Source: a virus | DNA length: 64,000 nt | IMG/VR virus record: IMGVR_UViG_3300044970_001297 | Location: 28,789 to 92,788 of that record | Reading direction: 5' to 3' (one strand) | Shown: one piece after another, positions 8,609-17,360 of the stretch | Layout of the letters: every line of letters starts with the position of its first letter | Numbering within the stretch: position 1 is the stretch's first letter | Notes under the pieces: model-generated | The model's input: only the letters and a program-made list of their open reading frames with translations | Database searches by the model: none | What the model was told of the DNA's origin: nothing | Made by a program: the position numbers and the translations under genes

Positions 8609-9949
8609 TCAATCGTCCTCGTAATCGTCCTTCTCGTTCTTGTGTTCCTTCTCAATGTCACGAAGGACATTCTTTGGAACTGCCATGCCAATCCTCTTGT
8701 GGCGACGGGCAACCAAACGGGCAATCATGCTCTTGGTCGATTCTCTCTTTTCCTCTTCCTTTTCCTCTTCTTCGGATATCGAATTTGGAGTATTGGAAAG
8801 GTAGTCTTTCACCGAAGAAATGTAATCTGCTGATTTCGTGATCTTGGACTGAACCCATCCCTCAAGTTGGGAATCAGACTTGAGCATCGACATGATGTCG
8901 TTGGCATTTGCAATGATGGACTTGAGTTCACCCATTGCCATTCCACCCTCATCATCGACTTCCTTCTGCTCATGAAGATTGCCGTGGTATGTGTGGAAAG
9001 ACATCTGAATGGCATTGGAACCTTCCGCATGTGAACCCATCAGTTTAGGAACATTATGCTTTTGAAGAATACCCTGAATGCTTTGATGAAGTTTCGCTGA
9101 ATTCTTCGCCCCGATTCCCCCGATTCCCTTAGCATGTCCACCAGTACGGGCAAGTATCTTGCCGTGCTTTGCCTTGAGTTCACGGATTGCACCCTTTGGA
9201 AGATCATACAACCAATCTTCCATGGATGCCTTCACTGCACCTTCATATACTGGTATTGGATTCTTCCTACCCTTACCGACGAACTTCTTCAACCCATCAG
9301 CATCTCGCTTGTGCTTGTTGCTATAGGTGAGCATGAGAAGTTCAGGAACTGCGGGAATGGCATACTGTGCATACTTGGGGGCTTCCGTCATTGGAAACAA
9401 ACGCCCAGTCTTGCCAGCGCGTGATGCGGCACGGGAACGCATTCCAACCTCGCGATAGTACCTTTGTCTGCCCTCTGGACTCAAGCCACGAAGTCTCTTC
9501 TGTAGTTTGCCAGAGAAACTCTTGATCTCACCCTTGGTGTACTTGTCGTATGGATCCTGTCCTGGTGGAAGTATGGGCTTTGCTCTCCCCGAACGACCAC
9601 GATTTGGATCATTGGTCGAGACTGCTTCCTTGAGTGGAATGCCTGTCCTTGCGGAGAAGTCTCCAAGTGCGCGGTCGAGTTTCTTTCCATACCGCTTGGC
9701 ATTGCTGCTCATCTTCTTGCCCCAACGCTCCCTTGCGGCTTCATAGTCCTTGAGGCTTCCGCTACCCTCTCTCCAGTTGCGGGATGCATGTGCAAGTTTT
9801 CTTGCTGCCTTCCTTGGCATCCCCTTGAGGTTCTGTCCGACATCGGGAACGGCTTCGCTGATGTCCTTCGCGGGAACAAAGATGGATGTATCCTTGGCTC
9901 TACCCTGAGGTGTGATTGAGTTTAGGTGGTTTAGGAATTGGTTGCTCAT
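8609..9949 (-). CDS. Modular head internal polyprotein
   Basis: Start trimmed to MSNQFLNHL; ISE, LKE, MTE, VYE, LHE, ISE sites; EGGMAMGELKSI...WVQSKITKSADYI domain recurrent in T4-like phages. Confidence 0.75.
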   Translation of the reverse strand: MSNQFLNHLNSITPQGRAKDTSIFVPAKDISEAVPDVGQNLKGMPRKAARKLAHASRNWREGSGSLKDYEAARERWGKKMSSNAKRYGKKLDRALGDFSARTGIPLKEAVSTNDPNRGRSGRAKPILPPGQDPYDKYTKGEIKSFSGKLQKRLRGLSPEGRQRYYREVGMRSRAASRAGKTGRLFPMTEAPKYAQYAIPAVPELLMLTYSNKHKRDADGLKKFVGKGRKNPIPVYEGAVKASMEDWLYDLPKGAIRELKAKHGKILARTGGHAKGIGGIGAKNSAKLHQSIQGILQKHNVPKLMGSHAEGSNAIQMSFHTYHGNLHEQKEVDDEGGMAMGELKSIIANANDIMSMLKSDSQLEGWVQSKITKSADYISSVKDYLSNTPNSISEEEEKEEEKRESTKSMIARLVARRHKRIGMAVPKNVLRDIEKEHKNEKDDYEDD

Positions 9950-9953
9950 GTCT

Positions 9954-10535
9954 CTATGCCTTTGCTGTTGTTTTCCTTGGGTGCAAGTACAGGTGGTGCT
10001 TGTATCCTGTCCTTCGACCATATGCCAGTTTCTCATGCTGTTCGGGATCGTATTGCTGCATCTTGGGCTTCTTGCCCCATTGCTCCTCTGCAAACTTCAC
10101 CCTCTTCTTTGCCGCGAGTTGCCGCCAGATGTGGCGACCACCCTTTGTCTGTGCGTCATCGCTTCTTATCGTGTGTCCCGTCTTGTCTGCCAACATCATG
10201 TATGTCTTTGCCATCAGCCCTCGCACCAATGCCTTCTTTCCCCTGTGGCTTGGATGCAAGGAAGGACCACGCGGGATGATTTGCTTCTTGTGCTTGTTGT
10301 ATGGAACATGACCAACCGATTCGCCATTGTGCATGATGTGGACTATTCCATAACCACTCTTGGCCCCTCGGTGTCGTATCTCGTATGGACCGACCTTGCC
10401 CATGCGCTTGGTTCCATGAGCAGACTCTGGATAATGCTTAGAATCCCCGTAGTCAAGGACGGGTTCTTCGTTCAATAGACCAAGTTCACGAAGTGCTGCC
10501 TCTGCCAAGATCTTTCGTGCTTCTGTGTATCTCAT
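9954..10535 (-). CDS. GNAT-like protein with duplicated leader
   Basis: Leader MRYTEARKILAEAALRELGLLNE; LHPSHRGK...SDDAQTKGGRHIW. Confidence 0.65.
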   Translation of the reverse strand: MRYTEARKILAEAALRELGLLNEEPVLDYGDSKHYPESAHGTKRMGKVGPYEIRHRGAKSGYGIVHIMHNGESVGHVPYNKHKKQIIPRGPSLHPSHRGKKALVRGLMAKTYMMLADKTGHTIRSDDAQTKGGRHIWRQLAAKKRVKFAEEQWGKKPKMQQYDPEQHEKLAYGRRTGYKHHLYLHPRKTTAKA

Positions 10536-10616
10536 TGTCCTAGTTCCCTTAAAGTGTTGAAAGTGAAAGTTCCATTTGATGTTCCCACCAAATGGAACGG
10601 TGAGTTTCTTCTTTTC

Positions 10617-10913
10617 TTAGTTCTTTGGTTTGAGAACCCTTTTCGTCTCTTGACCAGCAACATTGATGTTCCTGTATGCCACACCCTTTCGCAACTTCAC
10701 CTTCTTGCCACCCTTGCCAATGAGGTTGGGTGATGCTCGCTCCCTATCGTCTCGCATCAATTCGCGATCAGCGTTCTGACGCCTTGCAAATGCGGTGTTG
10801 ATTGCCCTGCGGTTCTCTAAATCTCGTCCTGGTGTGGTATAGTCTTCATCCAATAGACCAAGTTCAAGAAGTGCTGCCTCTGCCAAGATCTGTCGTGCTT
10901 CTGAGTATCTCAT
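10617..10913 (-). CDS. Small basic protein with duplicated leader
   Basis: Leader MRYSEARQILAEAALLELGLLDE nearly identical to that of 9954..10535. Confidence 0.7.
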   Translation of the reverse strand: MRYSEARQILAEAALLELGLLDEDYTTPGRDLENRRAINTAFARRQNADRELMRDDRERASPNLIGKGGKKVKLRKGVAYRNINVAGQETKRVLKPKN

Positions 10914-11008
10914 TTTTCCATCTCCTTATGAAAGTTTAGGTAGTTGATGTGGGTTTATAGGTTTACAAATACCTTTATATGTAGAAAAAATATGGGTTGA
11001 CCGTGAAA

Positions 11009-11299
11009 TCAGCCATTACCCCATACGGTGCCACGACGAGATGCGGCTTGGTCGAGGTTCTCTCTGAATCGTTTGGGAACGCCCTTGGAGACCTTCTTCA
11101 TGACCTCTTTGAAATCTGCACCGGGGGTCAGGTTCATATCCACTGCTGCTGCGGGTGATCCGATCCAATCCCTTTGAATGGATTCAGAGACACCACAATG
11201 GGGACATGGATGGGAGCATGGGGTATCACGATTCGAAATGGATTGGAAAAGTTCGAATGAGTGATCGCAACGGGAACATCGGTAGTCATAGGTTGGCAT
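11009..11299 (-). CDS. FmdB-family zinc-ribbon regulatory protein
   Basis: MPTYDYRCSRCDHSFE...CPHCG. Confidence 0.85.
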   Translation of the reverse strand: MPTYDYRCSRCDHSFELFQSISNRDTPCSHPCPHCGVSESIQRDWIGSPAAAVDMNLTPGADFKEVMKKVSKGVPKRFRENLDQAASRRGTVWGNG

Positions 11300-11325
11300 G
11301 ATGAAAAAATCCTCCTGTCAGGTAT

Positions 11326-11781
11326 CTATTTCGATTCCTGACGGAGGTATGCGATGTATGCACGGGATCTTTTACGAATGGCAGAATGATTGACGGGTAG
11401 GTGCCACTCTCGTATGAGTCTGAGGGAATCCCGTTCGGTGTGTTCCTCTAGGGTGACATAGGATTCCCCTTCGATGGATTCGCCGTCATGGAGTTTCTTC
11501 CAAATCGAATCCCCGTTCTTCCATTGAAGGAAATGGCAATACTCATGTATGAGATTCGTCAGAACATTGATGGGTTTTCTATTACCCGTTCCTACTCTGA
11601 TGATGCCCCATTGGGATCCTCTCGGTTCTTCGAAGTACCCCGCTGCGGAGTGTACATTGTTGAACCTGACGGATCTACCCTTGGAGAACTTGAGATGCAC
11701 TCTATGAGTTTGGAGGTCGTGACGAATGAACTTTAGGAAGTTCTTCGCTTCGGGGCTTGAGTTGCTGAGTGTACGAATCAT
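11326..11781 (-). CDS. HExxH metallopeptidase-like protein
   Basis: LIHEYCHFLQW with downstream E (LEEHTE). Confidence 0.65.
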   Translation of the reverse strand: MIRTLSNSSPEAKNFLKFIRHDLQTHRVHLKFSKGRSVRFNNVHSAAGYFEEPRGSQWGIIRVGTGNRKPINVLTNLIHEYCHFLQWKNGDSIWKKLHDGESIEGESYVTLEEHTERDSLRLIREWHLPVNHSAIRKRSRAYIAYLRQESK

Positions 11782-11814
11782 GGCGTATTCCTCATCTCAT
11801 TTCCCCTCCTAGTT

Positions 11815-12132
11815 CTATCTAGGAATCTTTGCCCATTCCTCTTCGTACTTCCATCCATCCGAAAGGAAGAGTCGCCACATCACCCTTGCCTGTTCCAGAT
11901 TCCATCTGGTGCTTAGACCAGTGGTCACCATGCGGTTTCCTAGAAGTCGGACTTGCTTCGGCCCATCGTATGAATAGCCATCTTCGTACTTCGTATACGC
12001 GGCCATCATGATGAGAGGGGTTTCGTAATCCTTGTTTTCGATGATCAGGAAGAGCAGCCCCTGATCCCCCTTGGTGAGCCAGTGGGATTCGATTGCCTGT
12101 TCGTCTTCGGTGAGGTGGGTTGCGATGGTCAT
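11815..12132 (-). CDS. Hypothetical protein
   Basis: 105 aa; GGAGGAAACCCACAATG start context; C-terminal ARVMWRLFLSDGW. Confidence 0.7.
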   Translation of the reverse strand: MTIATHLTEDEQAIESHWLTKGDQGLLFLIIENKDYETPLIMMAAYTKYEDGYSYDGPKQVRLLGNRMVTTGLSTRWNLEQARVMWRLFLSDGWKYEEEWAKIPR

Positions 12133-12152
12133 TGTGGGTTTCCTCCTTTGGT

Positions 12153-14648
12153 TCAGGCGACGATGTCCATGAGGCGGTTGATGAACATGCGGTTCGTCTC
12201 GTCGCGCTTCATGGCAGCGATGAAGGCACGGGTCGCAGCGACCTTCCTGTTCTTCAACTTCTCAAACTTCGCATCCTCGTTCTTCGCGATCTCCTCGGCG
12301 CGACGGCGATCCTGCACCTGGACGAAGAAGTAGGAAGCGTATCCCGAATTCGGGTTGTTGATCGCGACGAACTTCTCGGCATCGAACTTCTCACGGAGGA
12401 CCTTCGTCTTCTCCAAGCGGGTGGTGTAATCGTCCTTGTCGGCAGTCGCGAGACGATCAAAGGTCGAGCAGTACGAGAGGCTCTGCATCATCATGATGCC
12501 GACCACATCGCATCCCGTGGCATCCTTGAACATGTTGACCACCGCGGTGTTGCCGTGACCCGTATGACGGCGACCGTTGGCGGCATCGATCATCACCTTG
12601 GAGACATGGCGGTAGTGACCACCGGTGTTCTTGCTCTTGCTGAGATCCTCAGGAGTGTTGACGCGGTTGATGACGCTCATGCCTTCGCCATCGGTGAGGG
12701 TGATGAAGGTCACCTTGGTGTTGCTGGACTTTCGGAAGTTGTTGACGATGTCACGCATGGCAAGGATCGACTCGTCAAGCGGGGTCGTGCCAAGCATCAG
12801 CGAGTCAACGCACTCGACCTGAGAGTAGCGACCGCTGACCATCTTGGCGAGGAGCGAGAGGCGACCCATCACCCGCGCGAACTTCTTGTTGTCCATGTTC
12901 TGGTTGTAGACCTGAACAAGGCTGAACGCCTCAAAGGTTGCCGTGTATCCCTTCGCAACGGTGCCAGCGGGGAGGTTGCAGACATGCTCGGTGAAGAGGC
13001 GACGCTCGTCAAGCGCACACCAATTCACGCGGGACGATCCACCGTAGCGAAGCGCGTCGGCGCGGGTCGGCTTCTTGCCGTCCTGATCCGCAGGGAAATG
13101 CTTGTTGTTCTTCGCGAAGAGGTCATCCGCGAACTTGCTGTACATGCTGTTGAAGAAGTAGACCTCGGCAGGGATTCCGACGCGACGGCAGAACATCAGG
13201 AGAGCCGCGAGTTGGCTCACGGTGTCGTTGAGCATGACGCTCATCGAACCCGACCAGTCGAGGAGGATCACGATGCCGTGGTTCTTCTCGTCGCGCTTGA
13301 TGGTCATGCGCTCAAAGATGTCCTCGCTGAACTTGTACTTGGCAAGGTTGCGGCAGGAGATGCGACCCGTCTTCGCGCTCGACTCGCGAGCGTAGTTGCG
13401 AGCCGCACGACGCACTTCGAAGCGACGGCACATCTGGTCGACCGCACGACGGTTCTCCGCGACGAGTTCCTTGAAGGCTTCCGCTGCCGCCTTGTCGAGG
13501 TGTTCCGACACGCTGCCCGTGATCTTGTGGTACTTCGACGGAACGCTCTGGTTCATCAGGTCGATGAACTCGTCGCTGCTCACGACGATCTTCGAAGTGT
13601 CGATCTGCGGGACGCGGATGGCGTGTTCGACAACCTGGTTGTTGACGAACTTCTTCATGGCCTTCTCCATCTCGCCAACGGTCGAAGCCGCATCGGGAGC
13701 GTACTGCTGCGCCTCGACCTCTTCCTTGCCGCCATCGGTCTCGTCTGAGGCTTCGGCAGTCGAGCCATCGTCCTGAGCCGATTCGTCGCCGTCGTTGCCA
13801 CTGGACGAATCCTCGCGCTCGCCGTTGCCCTGCTCGTCGCTACGCTCGCTCTTGTCCTCGGCACCCGCTTCGCGAGTCTCGGACGAATCGGTCTTGTCGT
13901 TGCCGTCCTCGCGGGAAGCAGCACCTTCGCGCTTCTCCTCGCCGTTGTCGCCGTCCTGCTCGGACGAAGCCGAACCGCTCTGCTGCTTGCCGTCGCTCTT
14001 GGTCTGGTTGGTGCGGCTTCCCTCGCCCTGCTCCTCCTCGCGCTCGCGCTTCTGGTTCTTCGCGAACTCGTAGACCTCGGCAGCGATGGCGGTGACATCA
14101 TCGAAGGTACGCGCCGCGTTGATCGCGTCCACGAACTTCATCTCCTCCGCGCTGAAGGGAACCTGAACGCCAAGGTGGATGCCCATCTTGAAGTGGATGT
14201 TCAGGCGGTCGATGGTCGAGAGGGAAGCGAGGTCGCGACCCTTGAGGTTGAAGGCATCCATGGTGCTGAGGGCCTGGTAGCCGTTGATGAAGTCGCGGCG
14301 AAGACCAGGAAACTCGCGCTTGATCATGCGCTCAATGCGAGCGTCTTCGATCACATTGATGTAGTCCTTCGCGACCATGGCATTCTTGGTGCCGCCGATG
14401 CGGATGCTGGCTTCCTTCCACGCATCGGCAGGAGTGTACTTGGCATGGCCGACCTCATGGCCGACAAGGAAGTCATAGACGCTCTGGTCCTTGTTGTCCC
14501 ACTGCGGCAGAACAAGCCGACGCGAGTCGAGTTCGAAGTAGGCAGTCTCGCACTCATGCGAGTGTTCGACGGTGAGGTTCTCCGACGCGAGCAGACGCGC
14601 CATGATGGAATTGCGAGCGGTGTTTGCGGTGTTCATGGTAGTAGCCAT
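12153..14648 (-). CDS. CobT-like protein: N-terminal HExxH peptidase-like domain, acidic linker, VWA domain
   Basis: GHEVGHA, NVIEDARIE, MIDAS DWSGSM, TPL, LTDGE; GC-rich codons; start trimmed to MATTMN. Confidence 0.85.
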   Translation of the reverse strand: MATTMNTANTARNSIMARLLASENLTVEHSHECETAYFELDSRRLVLPQWDNKDQSVYDFLVGHEVGHAKYTPADAWKEASIRIGGTKNAMVAKDYINVIEDARIERMIKREFPGLRRDFINGYQALSTMDAFNLKGRDLASLSTIDRLNIHFKMGIHLGVQVPFSAEEMKFVDAINAARTFDDVTAIAAEVYEFAKNQKREREEEQGEGSRTNQTKSDGKQQSGSASSEQDGDNGEEKREGAASREDGNDKTDSSETREAGAEDKSERSDEQGNGEREDSSSGNDGDESAQDDGSTAEASDETDGGKEEVEAQQYAPDAASTVGEMEKAMKKFVNNQVVEHAIRVPQIDTSKIVVSSDEFIDLMNQSVPSKYHKITGSVSEHLDKAAAEAFKELVAENRRAVDQMCRRFEVRRAARNYARESSAKTGRISCRNLAKYKFSEDIFERMTIKRDEKNHGIVILLDWSGSMSVMLNDTVSQLAALLMFCRRVGIPAEVYFFNSMYSKFADDLFAKNNKHFPADQDGKKPTRADALRYGGSSRVNWCALDERRLFTEHVCNLPAGTVAKGYTATFEAFSLVQVYNQNMDNKKFARVMGRLSLLAKMVSGRYSQVECVDSLMLGTTPLDESILAMRDIVNNFRKSSNTKVTFITLTDGEGMSVINRVNTPEDLSKSKNTGGHYRHVSKVMIDAANGRRHTGHGNTAVVNMFKDATGCDVVGIMMMQSLSYCSTFDRLATADKDDYTTRLEKTKVLREKFDAEKFVAINNPNSGYASYFFVQVQDRRRAEEIAKNEDAKFEKLKNRKVAATRAFIAAMKRDETNRMFINRLMDIVA

Positions 14649-14656
14649 ATGCTGTA

Positions 14657-14685
14657 AGTATACATTACATCGGCACTTAGGACAA
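14657..14685 (-). promoter_or_regulatory. Sigma70-like early promoter of cobT-like gene
   Basis: TTGTCC-N17-TATACT, 8 nt before ATG. Confidence 0.7.
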
Positions 14686-14721
14686 CCCACTTGAGCGTAG
14701 GGAATGAAATACGGGCAAGAT

Positions 14722-14750
14722 TGTAAGTCTTGGGAATATCAGGACTTACG
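14722..14750. promoter_or_regulatory. 11-7-11 palindromic site, copy 1
   Basis: TGTAAGTCTTG-GGAATAT-CAGGACTTACG; same geometry at 21601. Confidence 0.65.
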
Positions 14751-15055
14751 CAGAATGGCTGAAATCGGGCTGATTCGGGGGCATTATTCGGACGCGGGAC
14801 GGGGCAAGAATCTTTGGAAATCTTGCTGGGAACAGTGTTTTCGGGCTTGACGGCGGGTCTGGAATTTGGCATTGCCGTCTTCCCCATTTCCCACTCCCAG
14901 ACATTTCCCAAACTCCCCATCTCTTCCTATCGCATTCACTCAGACACCCCCCTACCCCCTCCCCCCACTTTTATTTTGCCCTATGTTGAAAATGCAAAAT
15001 CGGCTTGGCAATTTTTTCTCACCAAACCGATTTCCCAAAGTTCCCATTCCTGTTC

Positions 15056-15232
15056 CTACTTGCCTCTGCGGAGTGCGGCTACCTTTCCAAACAGGTACTC
15101 CACCGCATCATAGACGAACAGAGCCACATTCACCACAACGACTGAGGCTAGGAGCATCGTGTACATCGGAATGTACAGAAGCGCATCCTCGGTCTTCCAC
15201 TTCAGCAGTTGCCATCTTGTCGGTGTTTGCAT
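15056..15232 (-). CDS. Small membrane protein (58 aa)
   Basis: Hand-translated MQTPTRWQLLKWKTEDALLYIPMYTMLLASVVVVNVALFVYDAVEYLFGKVAALRRGK. Confidence 0.5.
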   Translation of the reverse strand: MQTPTRWQLLKWKTEDALLYIPMYTMLLASVVVVNVALFVYDAVEYLFGKVAALRRGK

Positions 15233-15966
15233 AGTTCCAATCCCCTTCCGATGTCACGAATGTATGTGAGGTTCTCCTCATCCGTCCAACACCCGCAGTT
15301 CATGTAGTGGATCTTTCCGATCATCTTGTCCGCTGGCTCATGGATGTGTCCGCAGATCACTCCATCGTACCCATGCTTCTCTGCGTACTCGGCAAGATGC
15401 CTTTCGAAACTTCCTATGAACATCGTTGCCTTCTTGAACTTGACCTTTATGAACTTTGACAATGACCAGTATCGAAATCCAAGTTTCCGCCTCACCCAAT
15501 TGTACCAGTCGTTCACCTCTATCAGGAGTTCATACCCGATGTCCCCGATCTTGGAGACGAATGTCCCGATCTTGTACTTGCACACCAGATCGAACTGGTG
15601 TCCGTGCAGGACAAGGTAGCGGCGACCGTCTGATGCCGTGTAGTCGCACCGCTCATGCAGATGGATTCCACCGAACGACCTCGACTCTGAGAACCGATGC
15701 ATGAACTCGTCATGGTTTCCCCAGATGTAGTGGACTTCACCAGACTTCCCCTTCTTCAGCAACTTCCGTATGCAATCGACATGGTCTGTCTGTGTCTTTG
15801 CATCCATTCGAAATGCCTGTTGGAATCGCCAGATGTCGAGGATGTCGCCCACAAGGAAGACATTGTTCGATTCGTCCTCCTTGAGGAACTCCTTCAGTCT
15901 TGCGGCTTTGCACTTGTTCGATGCGAGGTGGAGGTCTGAGATGAAGAGAGCGGTCTTTGTGGGCAT
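15202..15966 (-). CDS. Calcineurin-like metallophosphoesterase, LpxH/YbbF type
   Basis: ISDLHL, GDILD, GNHDE, HGH, CGHIH, NCGCW motifs; start trimmed to MPTKT. Confidence 0.85.
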   Translation of the reverse strand: MPTKTALFISDLHLASNKCKAARLKEFLKEDESNNVFLVGDILDIWRFQQAFRMDAKTQTDHVDCIRKLLKKGKSGEVHYIWGNHDEFMHRFSESRSFGGIHLHERCDYTASDGRRYLVLHGHQFDLVCKYKIGTFVSKIGDIGYELLIEVNDWYNWVRRKLGFRYWSLSKFIKVKFKKATMFIGSFERHLAEYAEKHGYDGVICGHIHEPADKMIGKIHYMNCGCWTDEENLTYIRDIGRGLELCKHRQDGNC

Positions 15967-15977
15967 GTTGCAGATAT

Positions 15978-16103
15978 CTATCGCCTCAACATGTTGTCCA
16001 TGTCCTTGCGGATCTCCTGCACGATCATGTGGATCTTTCCAGCGTACCACCCCGCACCGAATGAACAGATTGCGAGTCCGATTGTGAGAATCATCTCTGT
16101 CAT
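15978..16103 (-). CDS. Small membrane protein (41 aa)
   Basis: Hand-translated MTEMILTIGLAICSFGAGWYAGKIHMIVQEIRKDMDNMLRR; ATGA overlap with upstream ORF. Confidence 0.55.
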   Translation of the reverse strand: MTEMILTIGLAICSFGAGWYAGKIHMIVQEIRKDMDNMLRR

Positions 16104-16330
16104 GGCTGTTCGCCTCCGTAGTTAGTGAACCGTCTCCAACTCCTGCCCTGCAACACCTTGTATGCGTCTTCTACGAGTTTCGCAAGTTCCACGGTGTTGC
16201 CCGTTCGCGTCTCTGGGTTGTAGTAGCCGTCCCAATCCACAAGCAGGATCGAAGCGTTCGTGATCCGCTCCTCAAGGTCCTTGACCCGATTCTGAAGATT
16301 GGTGATTTCGGCATCAGGCATTGATTGCAT
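16100..16330 (-). CDS. Hypothetical coiled-coil protein
   Basis: Start trimmed to MQSMPDAE; operon-style packing. Confidence 0.6.
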   Translation of the reverse strand: MQSMPDAEITNLQNRVKDLEERITNASILLVDWDGYYNPETRTGNTVELAKLVEDAYKVLQGRSWRRFTNYGGEQP

Positions 16331-16685
16331 AGTTGTATCCTTGGCTGGAGTTCGCATCGTCTCGCGCACAGAACTCATCCTGCACCATCTCAATGTGTGG
16401 GCTGTAGTCTGTCTTCGCAAAGCCTTGCTCCAGCAGGGCAGTGTAGATCTCCCGTGCCACATCGATGTGCATCTTTCGCACTTCTCCCGAATGCCGAAAG
16501 ACGAACTTGCAGTACGAGTATTCGCCCTTGATGAATATCTGATATCCCGTCACGGGGTCGAAGAAGATCTGGTTTCCATCCACTCGGACCTGGTAGTGAT
16601 CTCCCCAATCCTGAAACGAGAAGACGAGATTGGGGCGACCTTGCGAATCGTTTAGCAGCAGGGTGTGTGTCTTTACTTCCTTCAT
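16314..16685 (-). CDS. Hypothetical protein
   Basis: 123 aa; ATGA overlap; AREIYTALLEQGF motif. Confidence 0.7.
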   Translation of the reverse strand: MKEVKTHTLLLNDSQGRPNLVFSFQDWGDHYQVRVDGNQIFFDPVTGYQIFIKGEYSYCKFVFRHSGEVRKMHIDVAREIYTALLEQGFAKTDYSPHIEMVQDEFCARDDANSSQGYNYAINA

Positions 16686-17035
16686 TGCTTCGAAACCTCA
16701 TACTTCTTTCCGTTGAATCCTTCGTGGGCAACCATCGACTTCCAGAGTTTCCTCAACACTTCGATGTCGTAGTACTTGTTCCCGATGAAGTCCTTGTTCT
16801 CCTCCTGCACATCGGTCAGGCATGACCATGAGAACACCATGGTCGGTTCGCCAGGCTCTTGTCCGCAGTACTGCACGACCTTTCCGCAGTACGGAGTTCC
16901 ATGATAGTCATTGTAGATCGTGAACACCATCATGCTTCGCGGACGAGAGTACTGTCCATTCTCAAGCACCTCCTCGCGGACAAGGATATGAATCGAATCG
17001 GCAGGAGCGAGGTCGTGAAGATCGTACTTGCTCAT
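16682..17035 (-). CDS. Hypothetical protein
   Basis: Start trimmed to MSKYDL (GAGGAG RBS); LRKLWKSMVAHEGF motif. Confidence 0.7.
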   Translation of the reverse strand: MSKYDLHDLAPADSIHILVREEVLENGQYSRPRSMMVFTIYNDYHGTPYCGKVVQYCGQEPGEPTMVFSWSCLTDVQEENKDFIGNKYYDIEVLRKLWKSMVAHEGFNGKKYEVSKQ

Positions 17036-17048
17036 TGTTGGATTCTCC

Positions 17049-17360
17049 TCAGGCGTTGGAGCGGATCGCGGAGGGCATGGTCGATGCCGCATGGATGAAC
17101 TTCGCGACCTCGTTCGTTGTGAGATGCCCAAGGACATTATCGCTGTTGTAGTCGAAGCCCGTGACATGCACCCACTCATGCGTATCGGCATCCCATGCCG
17201 CGACCTCTGCGGTGGTCTTGCCATCGGAGTAGTTGTGGTTTCCCCAACGGATGGAAACGGTGATGCGGTTCGCGAAGGTCATCGTGAAGCCGCGATTGTA
17301 ATCGGTGGTGACAAGGTTCAGACGGTTGAGGGAATCGGAGATGGAATTCTTGTTCGTCAT
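17049..17360 (-). CDS. Hypothetical protein
   Basis: Start trimmed to MTNKNS (GGAAACACACAATG); GFTMTFANRITVSIRWG..NYS...TAEVAAW is a recurrent phage family. Confidence 0.75.
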   Translation of the reverse strand: MTNKNSISDSLNRLNLVTTDYNRGFTMTFANRITVSIRWGNHNYSDGKTTAEVAAWDADTHEWVHVTGFDYNSDNVLGHLTTNEVAKFIHAASTMPSAIRSNA

